Below are positions 48,924 through 57,823 of a stretch of DNA of 64,000 nt, one piece after another. The translations under genes were made by a program, and so were the position numbers. Under the pieces are notes generated by a model that saw only the letters and a list, made by a program, of their open reading frames with translations, did not search any database and was not told the origin of the DNA. Position 1 is the first letter of the stretch. The number at the start of each line of letters is the position of its first letter. The stretch comes from an uncultured Gammaproteobacteria bacterium (GTDB taxonomy: Bacteria; Patescibacteriota; Patescibacteriia; UBA9934; GWF2-40-263): assembly GCA_964499955.1 (NCBI GenBank), contig CAZCMI010000001.1:39485-103484 (forward strand). The letters are read 5' to 3'.

Positions 48924-50492
48924 ATGCGTTTTCGTTCCCGCCTGCTCGCCGCCGCCCTCTGCTTGGTGTTGGGGGCGCCCGCGGCCGCCTTTGCCCGTCT
49001 GCCCGACGACCCGCTCTTGCCGGAGCAGTGGCACTTGGCCCGCGTGGATGCGCCGGGCGCGTGGGACGTGACGACGGGCACGCCCGCGGTGATCGTGGCG
49101 GTGTTGGACACGGGCGTGGACGTGGACCATCCCGATTTGCGGGAGAACATTTGGACGAATCCGGGCGAGATTGCCGGCGACGGGTTGGACAACGACGGCA
49201 ACGGCTTTGCGGACGACGTGCACGGGTGGAATTTCGCGGACGGGAACAACCGGCCGGTGCCGGATCCGGCGGGGCCGCAGACGCGCGCGGCCATGACGCA
49301 CGGAACGGTGGTCGCCGGGGTGATCGCGGCGGTGGGGAACAACGGCGAGGGCGTGGCAGGGATGGCCTGGCGCGCGCGCATCATGCCCGTGCGGATTTTG
49401 GACAACGAGGGGTCCGGCTTCGCGCACCATGCGGCCGTCGCGCTGCGCTACGCGGTGCGCAATGGCGCGCGCGTGGTCAATTTGAGTTTCACCGGCCCCG
49501 ACATGCCGTCGGATTTGGCCGCAGCCGTGCGGGAAGCGGCGGACGCGGGCGTGGTGATCGTGGCGGCGCTCGGCAACGCGTCCAACGGCGGCGACGACGT
49601 GGACGCCGCTCCCACCTACCCGGCGTGCTACAAACTCCTCGACGGGCGGGACCCGATCATCGGCGTGGCGGCCACGGACCGGCAGGATGCCAAGGCGCCG
49701 TTTTCCAATTTCGGGGCGGGGTGCGCGGACGTCGCGGCGCCCGGCGCGGATATCTTCAGCACCGTCCTGCACGACCCAGAGCAAGAGGCGTTCGGCGGCT
49801 GGTACGGCGGGGGCTGGTCCGGCACGTCGCTGGCGGCGCCCGTGGTGTCCGGCATCGTCGCGTTGTTGCTGTCCGCCTATCCGTCGCTGACGCCCCCGCA
49901 GGTGCTGGACATCCTGCGGTTGTCCGCCGACCCGTTGGCAGACGGCACCGGGGCCGCGGCGGCGGGGCAGGCGGGCGTGGGCCGGGTGAATGCCGCACGC
50001 GCCCTGCAAATCGCGCCGTCGTTCGTTGTCGCCGCGGAAACGCCGGAGCCGGGCGCGGCGGGGGAGGGCGGGCGGTTGGTGCGTTCAAACGAACTTCCGG
50101 CCGTGTATTACGTGGACGGCGAGGGCCGGCGCCGCCCGTTCCCGAACGAGCTGACCTTCTTCACGTGGTTCGAAGATTTTTCCACGGTGGAAACCGTGTC
50201 GGCGGCGGAACTTGCCGCGTGGCCGCTGGGCGCCCCCATGTTGCCGCGGCCCGGCACGCGCTGGGTGAAGATCCAAAGCGACCCGAAAACGTACCTGGTG
50301 GCGCCGCCGGAAGGGACGGACCCGCGTCCGGTGCTGCGCTGGATCCGGGACGAGGAAACGGCCCGCGCGCTGGGCGGGGATCGGTGGGCGGAACGGGTAA
50401 TGGACGTCGAGCCGACGTATTTCCCCCGGTTCGCGTTCGGCCCGGACATCGTCGGTCCCGAACCCGGCCTATTGGTCGGCCAGACACGTTAG
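48924..50492 (+). CDS. subtilisin-family (S8) serine peptidase with the shared C-terminal module
   Basis: Signal peptide. Catalytic motifs VAVLDTGVDVDHPDL (Asp), HGTVVAGVIAA (His) and GTSLAAPVVSGIVALL (Ser). C-terminus PAVYYVDGEGRRRPFPNELTFFTWFEDF...RWVKIQSDPKTYLV. Confidence 0.85.
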   Translation: MRFRSRLLAAALCLVLGAPAAAFARLPDDPLLPEQWHLARVDAPGAWDVTTGTPAVIVAVLDTGVDVDHPDLRENIWTNPGEIAGDGLDNDGNGFADDVHGWNFADGNNRPVPDPAGPQTRAAMTHGTVVAGVIAAVGNNGEGVAGMAWRARIMPVRILDNEGSGFAHHAAVALRYAVRNGARVVNLSFTGPDMPSDLAAAVREAADAGVVIVAALGNASNGGDDVDAAPTYPACYKLLDGRDPIIGVAATDRQDAKAPFSNFGAGCADVAAPGADIFSTVLHDPEQEAFGGWYGGGWSGTSLAAPVVSGIVALLLSAYPSLTPPQVLDILRLSADPLADGTGAAAAGQAGVGRVNAARALQIAPSFVVAAETPEPGAAGEGGRLVRSNELPAVYYVDGEGRRRPFPNELTFFTWFEDFSTVETVSAAELAAWPLGAPMLPRPGTRWVKIQSDPKTYLVAPPEGTDPRPVLRWIRDEETARALGGDRWAERVMDVEPTYFPRFAFGPDIVGPEPGLLVGQTR

Positions 50493-50560
50493 CGTCGTTC
50501 TGCCGCCCCGTCGCGCGAACCCGCGAAATCCCGTACACTTGCCGCATACCATATTCCCTT

Positions 50561-51598
50561 ATGCCCGACGTCGTCTTTGAGAAGAAAAACGTCCTGGTGA
50601 CCGGCGGGGCCGGATTCATCGGCTCGCATTTGTGCGAGCATTTGCTGCGTGACGGCCACCGCGTGGCCTGCGTGGATAATTTTTCCACGGGGCACGTCCG
50701 CAACATCGAAAACCTGCTGTCGTATCCGGACTTCCAGTTCATCCGCGCGGACATCAACCAGCCGCTCGACTTGGAAACATTCACGGAGCTGGCCGCGTTC
50801 AAGCTGCCGTTCCAGGGCTTCCAGCAGGTCTACCACCTGGCCTGCCCCATGTCGATCGCCAACTTCGACCAGTTCAAGATGCAAACCTTGCTGGCGAATT
50901 CCGTCGGCACGTACCACGTTCTTGAGATCGCCCGCAAATACCGTGCGCGCGTGTTGCTCGCGTCCAGTTCCGTTGTGTACGGCCCGCGCAACGACGCCCA
51001 GCCGTTCATGGAGGAAACAGACGCCGGCCGGGCGCTCAACCACCTCTCGCCGCGCGGCTGCTACGACGAAGGCAAGCGGTTCGTGGAAACCATGGGCGCC
51101 ACGTACCGCCAGGTGCACGGCTTGGACGTCCGCACGGCGCGCATCTTCCGCACCTACGGCCCGCGCATGCCGCTGTTCGACGGCCAGCTCATTCCCGACT
51201 TCGTGCTGAACGCCTTGGATGGCAAGGACCTGGTCGTGTATGCGCAGGGCAAGCTGCGGACCTCCATGATGTACGTCGCCGACGCCGTGGACGGGCTGTT
51301 GCGGCACATGAACGCCGCCGAGGCGCCGGACGTGGTGAATTTCGGCAGCGACGTGGAAATGGATATCAACGACGTGGCCAAGCGCGTGGTGGAAATGACG
51401 GGATCCTCGTCGAAGATCACCACGAGGGAGGACCTGCTGTTCCTGATGGAATTGCCCCTGCCGCGCACCGGCCGCGCACGCGAACTGGGCTGGCTGCCGC
51501 TGGTGCGTTTGGAAGACGGCCTGCGCCGCACCATTGACTACATCCGGGCGAATAAGCTGTTATTGACGGCAGGAGAGGGGGAAGACCGGGCTGCGTAA
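50561..51598 (+). CDS. UDP-glucuronate decarboxylase (UDP-xylose synthase)-like SDR
   Basis: VLVTGGAGFIGSHLCEHLLRDGHRVACVDNFSTGHVRNI matches a UXS/ArnA-type extended SDR N-terminus. Confidence 0.75.
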   Translation: MPDVVFEKKNVLVTGGAGFIGSHLCEHLLRDGHRVACVDNFSTGHVRNIENLLSYPDFQFIRADINQPLDLETFTELAAFKLPFQGFQQVYHLACPMSIANFDQFKMQTLLANSVGTYHVLEIARKYRARVLLASSSVVYGPRNDAQPFMEETDAGRALNHLSPRGCYDEGKRFVETMGATYRQVHGLDVRTARIFRTYGPRMPLFDGQLIPDFVLNALDGKDLVVYAQGKLRTSMMYVADAVDGLLRHMNAAEAPDVVNFGSDVEMDINDVAKRVVEMTGSSSKITTREDLLFLMELPLPRTGRARELGWLPLVRLEDGLRRTIDYIRANKLLLTAGEGEDRAA

Positions 51599-51627
51599 CG
51601 CCGACCGGGCCGATTTGAGACAACCGT

Positions 51628-52296
51628 ATGCGTATTATCGCCATCATTCCCGCGTACAACGAGGCCTCCCACGTGGGGGTCGTGGTTGCGCGTACGCGCC
51701 CGTTCGCGGACGTAGTGTTGGTGGTGGATGATGGCTCGACGGACGGCACGGCCGAAGCGGCCCGCGCGGCGGGTGCCCGGGTGGTGCGCCATGCCTTGAA
51801 CCGCGGGCTCGGTGCGGCGCTCGGCACGGGGTTTGAAGCCGCCCGGCGGTTGGGCGCCGATGTCGCCGTCACCCTGGATGCCGACGGCCAGCACGACCCG
51901 TCGGAAATTCCCAAGTTCACGGAGGCTGTGCGCGGCGGCGCCGATTTCGTCATCGGCTCGCGGCTCATCGCTCCCGAGGGCGGCATGCCCTGGTACCGCG
52001 TGGCCGCCAACCTGTTGGGCAACCTCGCCACCTTCGTGCTGTTCGGCGCCTGGGTGACGGACAGCCAGTCCGGCTTCCGCGCGCTGAACCGCCGCGCCTT
52101 GGCAACCATGCAGGTGCGTTCCAACCGCATGGAAGTGTCCTCCGAGTTGGTCGCCGAGGCCCGGCGCAACGACCTGTGCCTGGCGGAAGTGCCCATCCGC
52201 GCGATCTACACCGAATACTCCCTGTCGAAGGGCCAGAGTTTCTTCGTCGGGATCAAGACCTTGTTCAAGCTCGTCTTCCGCCGCCTCACGGGGTAG
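51628..52296 (+). CDS. GT2 polyprenyl-phosphate glycosyltransferase (Dpm1/GtrB-like), soluble type
   Basis: IIAIIPAYNEASHV...VVDDGSTDGT...DADGQHDP. Confidence 0.8.
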   Translation: MRIIAIIPAYNEASHVGVVVARTRPFADVVLVVDDGSTDGTAEAARAAGARVVRHALNRGLGAALGTGFEAARRLGADVAVTLDADGQHDPSEIPKFTEAVRGGADFVIGSRLIAPEGGMPWYRVAANLLGNLATFVLFGAWVTDSQSGFRALNRRALATMQVRSNRMEVSSELVAEARRNDLCLAEVPIRAIYTEYSLSKGQSFFVGIKTLFKLVFRRLTG

Positions 52297-52310
52297 CGCG
52301 CCGCACCGGT

Positions 52311-52661
52311 ATGTCCATCCTTCCCGTGCAATTCCTCATCGTCGCCTTCGCCGTCTTCGCCGCCGCGCGCGCCGTGGCGCAGTTCCGTGCGGGCCGCCTG
52401 CGCCTGGCGGGGCTTGGCGCGTGGCTGGTGTTATGGTGCGCGCTCGTCGTCATCGGCCTGCTCCCGCATACGGCCACGGCCGTGGCGCAGTTCCTCGGCG
52501 TGGGCCGCGGCGTGGACGTGGTGATCTACGCCTCGCTTGGCGCGCTGTTCTATTTGGTCTTCCGCCTGTTCGTCCGACTAGAAGAAACGGACCGGGAAAT
52601 CACCCGCTTGGTGCGGATGCAGGCGTTGGAGGGGTTGAACGAGAAAGAAACGGACCTATGA
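52311..52661 (+). CDS. small membrane protein (DUF2304/GtrA-like partner of GT2)
   Basis: ~116 aa with 3 TM segments, placed after a Dpm1-like GT2. Confidence 0.45.
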   Translation: MSILPVQFLIVAFAVFAAARAVAQFRAGRLRLAGLGAWLVLWCALVVIGLLPHTATAVAQFLGVGRGVDVVIYASLGALFYLVFRLFVRLEETDREITRLVRMQALEGLNEKETDL

Positions 52662-53809
52662 AGATCGCCCACGTCGTGTCCACCTACCCGCCGTATCGGG
52701 GCGGGATGGGCCACATCGCCTCGGAATACACGGAGCGTTTGCGGGCGCGCGGGCACAACGTCCACGTGTTCACGCCGCGCTTCGGCCGGCCGGTGGAAGG
52801 TGATCCGGATTACGTCCACCGCGTGCCGTCGCCGCTGCACGTGGGGAACGCGGGCGTTACGCCGTCGCTGTTCCGCCGCCTTTCGGGTTTCGACGTCGTG
52901 CACTTGCACTATCCGTTTTTCGGTGGCGCGGAGCCGACCATCGTCCGCAAGGCGCTACGGTCCGACCAGGCGCTGGTGGTCACCTACCACATGGACACCC
53001 AGGCCGACGGGCTCAAGGGCATGGTCTTCGAAATGCACCGCCGGGCGCTGCTCCCGTGGCTGATGTCGCGCGCGGACCGCATCCTGGTGAGTTCCATGGA
53101 TTATTACGCCTCGTCGTCCTTGGCGAAGTTGGGGCTGCAGGAGCGCGTGCGGGAATTGCCGTTCGGCGTGGATTTGGAACGGTTTGCGCCGGGTGCCTCG
53201 CCGGAGCTGCGCGCGCGGTTGGGCGTGGGGGAAGAGGAGGCTTGCGTGCTGTTCGTGGGCGGTATGGACGCTCCGCATGCGTTCAAGGGCGTGCCGGTGT
53301 TGCTGGCGGCCATGGAGAAGTTGAAGGACGAGCCGGTGCGCGCCGTGCTGGTGGGCGACGGCGATTTGCGGCCGGAGTTCGAACGGCAGGCCGCGCATTT
53401 CGGCGTGGCCGAACGGGTGCGGTTCGCCGGGAACGTCCCGCCCGAAGAGTTGCCCGCCTATTACCGCGCCGCGGACATCCACACGCTGCCGTCCACCACG
53501 CGCGGGGAGGCCTTCGGGCTGGTGGCGTTGGAGGCGGCTGCGAGCGGCATCCCGAGCGTGGTGTCGGATTTGCCGGGGGTGCGCACGGTGGTGTTAGATG
53601 GCGAAACCGGCCTGCGCGTGCTCCCCGGGGACGCCGAGGCCCTGGCCGCGGCCCTGCGCCGCCTGGCCGTGGAACCCGGCCCCCGCCGCGCCTTGGGCGC
53701 CGCTGCCCGCGCCCGCGCGGAGGCGGCCTATGCCTGGGACCCGCTGATGGACCGGCTGGAGCAGGTGTATGCGGAAGTGAAGCAGGTACCCGAAGAGGCA
53801 AACCCATGA
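52658..53809 (+). CDS. GT4 glycosyltransferase
   Basis: MKIAHVVSTYPPYRGGMGHIA...EAAASGIPSVVSDLPG. ATGA overlap. Confidence 0.8.
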   Translation: MKIAHVVSTYPPYRGGMGHIASEYTERLRARGHNVHVFTPRFGRPVEGDPDYVHRVPSPLHVGNAGVTPSLFRRLSGFDVVHLHYPFFGGAEPTIVRKALRSDQALVVTYHMDTQADGLKGMVFEMHRRALLPWLMSRADRILVSSMDYYASSSLAKLGLQERVRELPFGVDLERFAPGASPELRARLGVGEEEACVLFVGGMDAPHAFKGVPVLLAAMEKLKDEPVRAVLVGDGDLRPEFERQAAHFGVAERVRFAGNVPPEELPAYYRAADIHTLPSTTRGEAFGLVALEAAASGIPSVVSDLPGVRTVVLDGETGLRVLPGDAEALAAALRRLAVEPGPRRALGAAARARAEAAYAWDPLMDRLEQVYAEVKQVPEEANP

Positions 53810-55032
53810 ACATCGGCATCGTTTCCAATCTCTATCCACCCCATGCCCGCGGCGGCGCCGAGCACATCGCTTGGCGCACGGCCCATGCGCTGTACGCCCG
53901 CGGCCACAAGGTCTTCGTCCTGTCCACCATGCCCTATGGCGGGCCGTCTTCGGCATTCCACCTCGAAGCCGAGCCGCAGCTCGAAACGGTCTACCGTTTC
54001 TTCCCGCCCAACTTCTACCACCCGCTTTCCAGCGCGTCCTATCCCATGCCCGTGCGTGCGCTCTGGCACCTCGTGGACATGTGGGGTCCGGTTCCGGGGC
54101 GCATGTTCGCCCGTGCCGCCCGCGAGGAGCGCCCGGACGTGGTCGTTACGCACAACCTGAAGGGCATCGGCCTGCAGGTGGTGCCGGCCATCCGTCGGCT
54201 GGGCATCCCGCACGCGCACGTCCTGCACGACGTCCAGTTGTCCGTGCCGAGCGGCCTGCTCATGTATGGCAAGGAGGCGGCGTTCGTGAACAGCGGCTTC
54301 CCGCGCCGCTGGTACGAAGGGGCCGTCCGCCGGATCGTCGGCTCGCCGGACACGGTGATTTCGCCCTCCCGGTTCCTGGCCGACTTCTACCGACAGCGCG
54401 GCTTTTTCCCGGACAGCCGGGTGGAAATCCTGCCGAATCCCGCGCCGGAAACCCGCGTGCCCGCCTTGGGTCCCCGCCCGCCGGGGCCGGTGCGCCTGCT
54501 CTTCGCCGGGCAGCTGGAAGAACACAAGGGCGTCCGCTTCCTGCGCAAGGCCCTCGATGCCCTCGACGTCCCGTTCTCCCTGCACATCGCCGGGGACGGT
54601 TCGCTGGCCAAGGAAGTGGCCGCCTGGGCGGAGCGCGACGAGCGCGTGGTCTACCACGGCTTCGTTTCGCTGGACAACCTGATGCGCCTCTTGGGCATCT
54701 GCGACGCCGTGCTGGTGCCGTCGCTGTGCTACGAGAACTCCCCGACGGTGATCTACGAAAGCTTACTGGCCGGCGTGCCGGTCATTGCCTCGCACATCGG
54801 CGGGGTCGGCGAACTGGTGCGCGACGGGGAGAACGGCTTCCTGGTCACCCCCGGCCGCCAGGACGAACTGCTCGCCGCCGTGCGCCGCATGTCCGCCGAG
54901 GCCGAGCAATTCCGCGCGCGGGCGGAGGGCATCCGCGCCAGCGTGGAGCCGTACCGCATGGCGAAGTACATGGAACGGCTGGAACGGCTGTTGGAAGAGA
55001 CGATCGCGCAGCACGGAAAAACCGCCTGTTGA
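53806..55032 (+). CDS. GT4 glycosyltransferase
   Basis: MNIGIVSNLYPPHARGGAEHIA...ESLLAGVPVIASHIGGVGE. ATGA overlap. Confidence 0.8.
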   Translation: MNIGIVSNLYPPHARGGAEHIAWRTAHALYARGHKVFVLSTMPYGGPSSAFHLEAEPQLETVYRFFPPNFYHPLSSASYPMPVRALWHLVDMWGPVPGRMFARAAREERPDVVVTHNLKGIGLQVVPAIRRLGIPHAHVLHDVQLSVPSGLLMYGKEAAFVNSGFPRRWYEGAVRRIVGSPDTVISPSRFLADFYRQRGFFPDSRVEILPNPAPETRVPALGPRPPGPVRLLFAGQLEEHKGVRFLRKALDALDVPFSLHIAGDGSLAKEVAAWAERDERVVYHGFVSLDNLMRLLGICDAVLVPSLCYENSPTVIYESLLAGVPVIASHIGGVGELVRDGENGFLVTPGRQDELLAAVRRMSAEAEQFRARAEGIRASVEPYRMAKYMERLERLLEETIAQHGKTAC

Positions 55033-55072
55033 GGGCGGTTTTTCTTTCGCGGAAGGCGAGGGTGCGCCGCGG

Positions 55073-57202
55073 CTAGAACGCGTAGCGGAACACGTGCGCA
55101 CGGCCGTCCCGGACGGCGAACCATTCGTCCGCCGTTTCCTTCGCCCGCGCCACGATGGCGGGGGCGTCCCACCAGTAGTCGTCCACCACGTAGTAGACCT
55201 CGCGGATGCGGCCGTATTCGCACCAGTCGCCGCAGCGTTCCTCCGCCCAGGCGGCGGCGGCCCATGCCGTTTCCCGCGACGGGTCGGCGTTCATGTCCAG
55301 GAACAGCGCGTACATGTGCCCGCCGGTGGGAATGGGATAGAAGAACTGGTCGCCGTAGTAGCGGAAGCCCACGCCGGTGAGGGCGGCGGCGGACACGCTT
55401 TGGTGGGCCAGCGCCACGTACGGCCCCTCCGCCCGCTGTTCGATGAGCCGCACCGCTTCGACATTGGCCGCGGAGACGTTGTATCCGTGGCCTTTTTGAT
55501 AGGCGTCGTCGCGCGGATAGGCGGCGTACCACAGGGCGGGCAGGGCGGCGGCCGCGACGGCCAGCGTCAGGATGCGCACGGCGGCGGGGGCGTGGGTGAG
55601 CCGCGCGGAGAACCGCACCAGCCCGGCGACGGCCAAGGGAGCCAGGCCGAACAGGGCGAGCGGCAGCAGGCGATCCGCGTAGTTCAGGCGTTCGTAATCA
55701 ATGAGGAAGGAAAAGTCCGTTACGGCGGCGAGCAGCACGCCGTTCACGAGCATCATGCCCGCGAAGGCCAGGGACGCCAGGCGCAGGGGGCGTCCCGACG
55801 TGCGCCACCCGTAGGCGGAGAGGGCCAGCCACGCGGCGCCGGCGAGCCACCCCGCCCACACGGCGAAATCCAGGAACGGGCGGAAGGGGAAGCCTACGAC
55901 GGGCGGCCGGGGTACCAGAGCGGCCAAACGGGCGAGCGCCCCGTCCGGTTGGAAGGCCGGTTGGCCGGTTTGCCAGGCAAGCACGGCGAAGGCCAGCGGC
56001 AACAACACGGCCCCCACGCCCACGATAACGCCGCGCGGCACGGCGGCCCACGCGGCTTTCAACCGAGGGACGCGCCGCGGATCGGCGGCGAGATAGGCGG
56101 CGAACAACAGGGCGGGCAGCCCGGCCACCGGGTGGATGGCGAGCGCCGCCAAGGCCGGGAGGAACAGGGCGAGCGGCCCCGGACGTTCGTCACGGGCCAG
56201 GGCGGGGACGGCCGCCGGCACCAACAGCAAAATCCACAGGTTCGCCAGGCCTTGGGGGGTGGTAATGGCGAATCCCGCTAGTGGCAGCAGGAACAGGCCA
56301 AACAGGGCGAAGGCCGCGTGCCGCCGGTCCTTGGCGACGTGCAAAGCAGCGCCCATCCAGGCGAAGGGAAGCAGCAGGGCCGCGAGTAGCGGCAGCAGGA
56401 ACCGGTCCGCGGCTTCCACGGGCAGGGCGAAGGCGTGGTGCAGGAACGCCACCAGCACGTATTGACCCACGTAATACGGCTGTTTCGGTTCGATGGCGCC
56501 GTGTTCCACCACCAGCCGTTCCGCCGCTTGATGGATGAACGGGTCGAAGCCCGTCCCGAGCGGAAAGACCGTCCACGGCACGCTCACGAAGGTGAACACA
56601 GCCGCCGACGCTAGAACAACGGACAGCAGGCGTTCGCGCCCACGGCTCCACAATGCGGCGAGGAACGCCCCGGCGGCGGCCATCGCGGCGAAGGCGGCGG
56701 GAGCAACTGCGCGCCAGGGGGAGGCCACCGCTTCCACCGTGGCCGAGTCGACCAGCACGCGGAAGGCGATGGCGAGTGCCAGCAACGCACCCGAGGCGCA
56801 GGCCAGCACGGCGGGCGGAATCCGGTGCGGGGCGTCCGACCAGGCGTCGTGCGCCAGCAGGGACGGCCGGGACCGCTTCATGGCCAAAAACGCGACGGGC
56901 GGAATGAGCAACGCCAGCGTCCACGCCAGCCAGTCGGGAAAGGAATGGAGATAATACGCCGCTGCCCCCACCAGCATAAGTGCGGAAAGCAGCATCCACG
57001 CACCCTGCCACCAGCGCAGCACGGGATGTTCGTCGGGGGCCACGGCGCGGCCGACCTGCGCCCCAAAGACGAACACGAACGCGGCGGCCAGAATCAGCCC
57101 GAATCCGGGCGACCGCCACGCGGCGGCATTCACGAGAAAACCGGCTAGAAGGAGCAGGCCCGGCATGCTAGAGTACAGGCCGAAAGAGGAAGGCATAGGC
57201 AA
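55073..57202 (-). CDS. large polytopic membrane protein (~14 TM) with C-terminal soluble domain; putative GT-C glycosyltransferase or polymerase
   Basis: 709 aa and very hydrophobic. The C-terminal ~130 aa is hydrophilic and Trp/Tyr-rich. Confidence 0.4.
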   Translation of the reverse strand: MPMPSSFGLYSSMPGLLLLAGFLVNAAAWRSPGFGLILAAAFVFVFGAQVGRAVAPDEHPVLRWWQGAWMLLSALMLVGAAAYYLHSFPDWLAWTLALLIPPVAFLAMKRSRPSLLAHDAWSDAPHRIPPAVLACASGALLALAIAFRVLVDSATVEAVASPWRAVAPAAFAAMAAAGAFLAALWSRGRERLLSVVLASAAVFTFVSVPWTVFPLGTGFDPFIHQAAERLVVEHGAIEPKQPYYVGQYVLVAFLHHAFALPVEAADRFLLPLLAALLLPFAWMGAALHVAKDRRHAAFALFGLFLLPLAGFAITTPQGLANLWILLLVPAAVPALARDERPGPLALFLPALAALAIHPVAGLPALLFAAYLAADPRRVPRLKAAWAAVPRGVIVGVGAVLLPLAFAVLAWQTGQPAFQPDGALARLAALVPRPPVVGFPFRPFLDFAVWAGWLAGAAWLALSAYGWRTSGRPLRLASLAFAGMMLVNGVLLAAVTDFSFLIDYERLNYADRLLPLALFGLAPLAVAGLVRFSARLTHAPAAVRILTLAVAAAALPALWYAAYPRDDAYQKGHGYNVSAANVEAVRLIEQRAEGPYVALAHQSVSAAALTGVGFRYYGDQFFYPIPTGGHMYALFLDMNADPSRETAWAAAAWAEERCGDWCEYGRIREVYYVVDDYWWDAPAIVARAKETADEWFAVRDGRAHVFRYAF

Positions 57203-57241
57203 AAATCATTTGCCCTAAGTATACAGGAAAGACGTCGTGGT

Positions 57242-57823
57242 ATGGCCTTCGCACGCGACCCGCACAAACTTTTCCCGCATGACAAGCTGTTCGCCGCCAC
57301 CATCCTGCGGCTGGTGCCGGATTTCGTTTCGCCGAACATGGTCACCATCCTGCGGTTCGTACTGACGCCGTTCGTGCTGTTCTTGATGATCATGGAAGAT
57401 TGGAACGTCGCCGTGCCGTTGTTCCTGCTCGTCGCGTTCACGGACGCCTTGGACGGTTCGCTGGCCCGCGTGCGCCGCAAGGTTACCGCCTGGGGCACGT
57501 TTTACGATCCCGTCGCGGACAAACTGCTGATCGGTTCGGTGGTGCTGATCATCGTGGCGAAGTACGTCAATCCGTGGTTCGCCCTGCTGATCTTGCTGAT
57601 GGAAGTGCTGATCATCGCGGGCGGGCTGTGGCGCAAGCGCCAGGGCGTGGTGATGTCGGCCAACGTCTTCGGCAAAACCAAGATGTTCCTGCAGGTGGCG
57701 GGCGTGAGTTTCCTGTTGTTCGCCGTGTGGTCCGGCGTGAGTTTGTTCGTGCCGTTGTCCGTGGGGACGCTGTCCGTGGCCATCGTCTTCGCTGTCATCA
57801 GTTTGTTCACCTACGGGTTATGA
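57242..57823 (+). CDS. CDP-alcohol phosphatidyltransferase family protein (PgsA-like)
   Basis: DALDGSLAR...G..YDPVADK fits the D-G-x2-A-R...G-x3-D-x3-D motif. 5-6 TM segments. Confidence 0.7.
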   Translation: MAFARDPHKLFPHDKLFAATILRLVPDFVSPNMVTILRFVLTPFVLFLMIMEDWNVAVPLFLLVAFTDALDGSLARVRRKVTAWGTFYDPVADKLLIGSVVLIIVAKYVNPWFALLILLMEVLIIAGGLWRKRQGVVMSANVFGKTKMFLQVAGVSFLLFAVWSGVSLFVPLSVGTLSVAIVFAVISLFTYGL

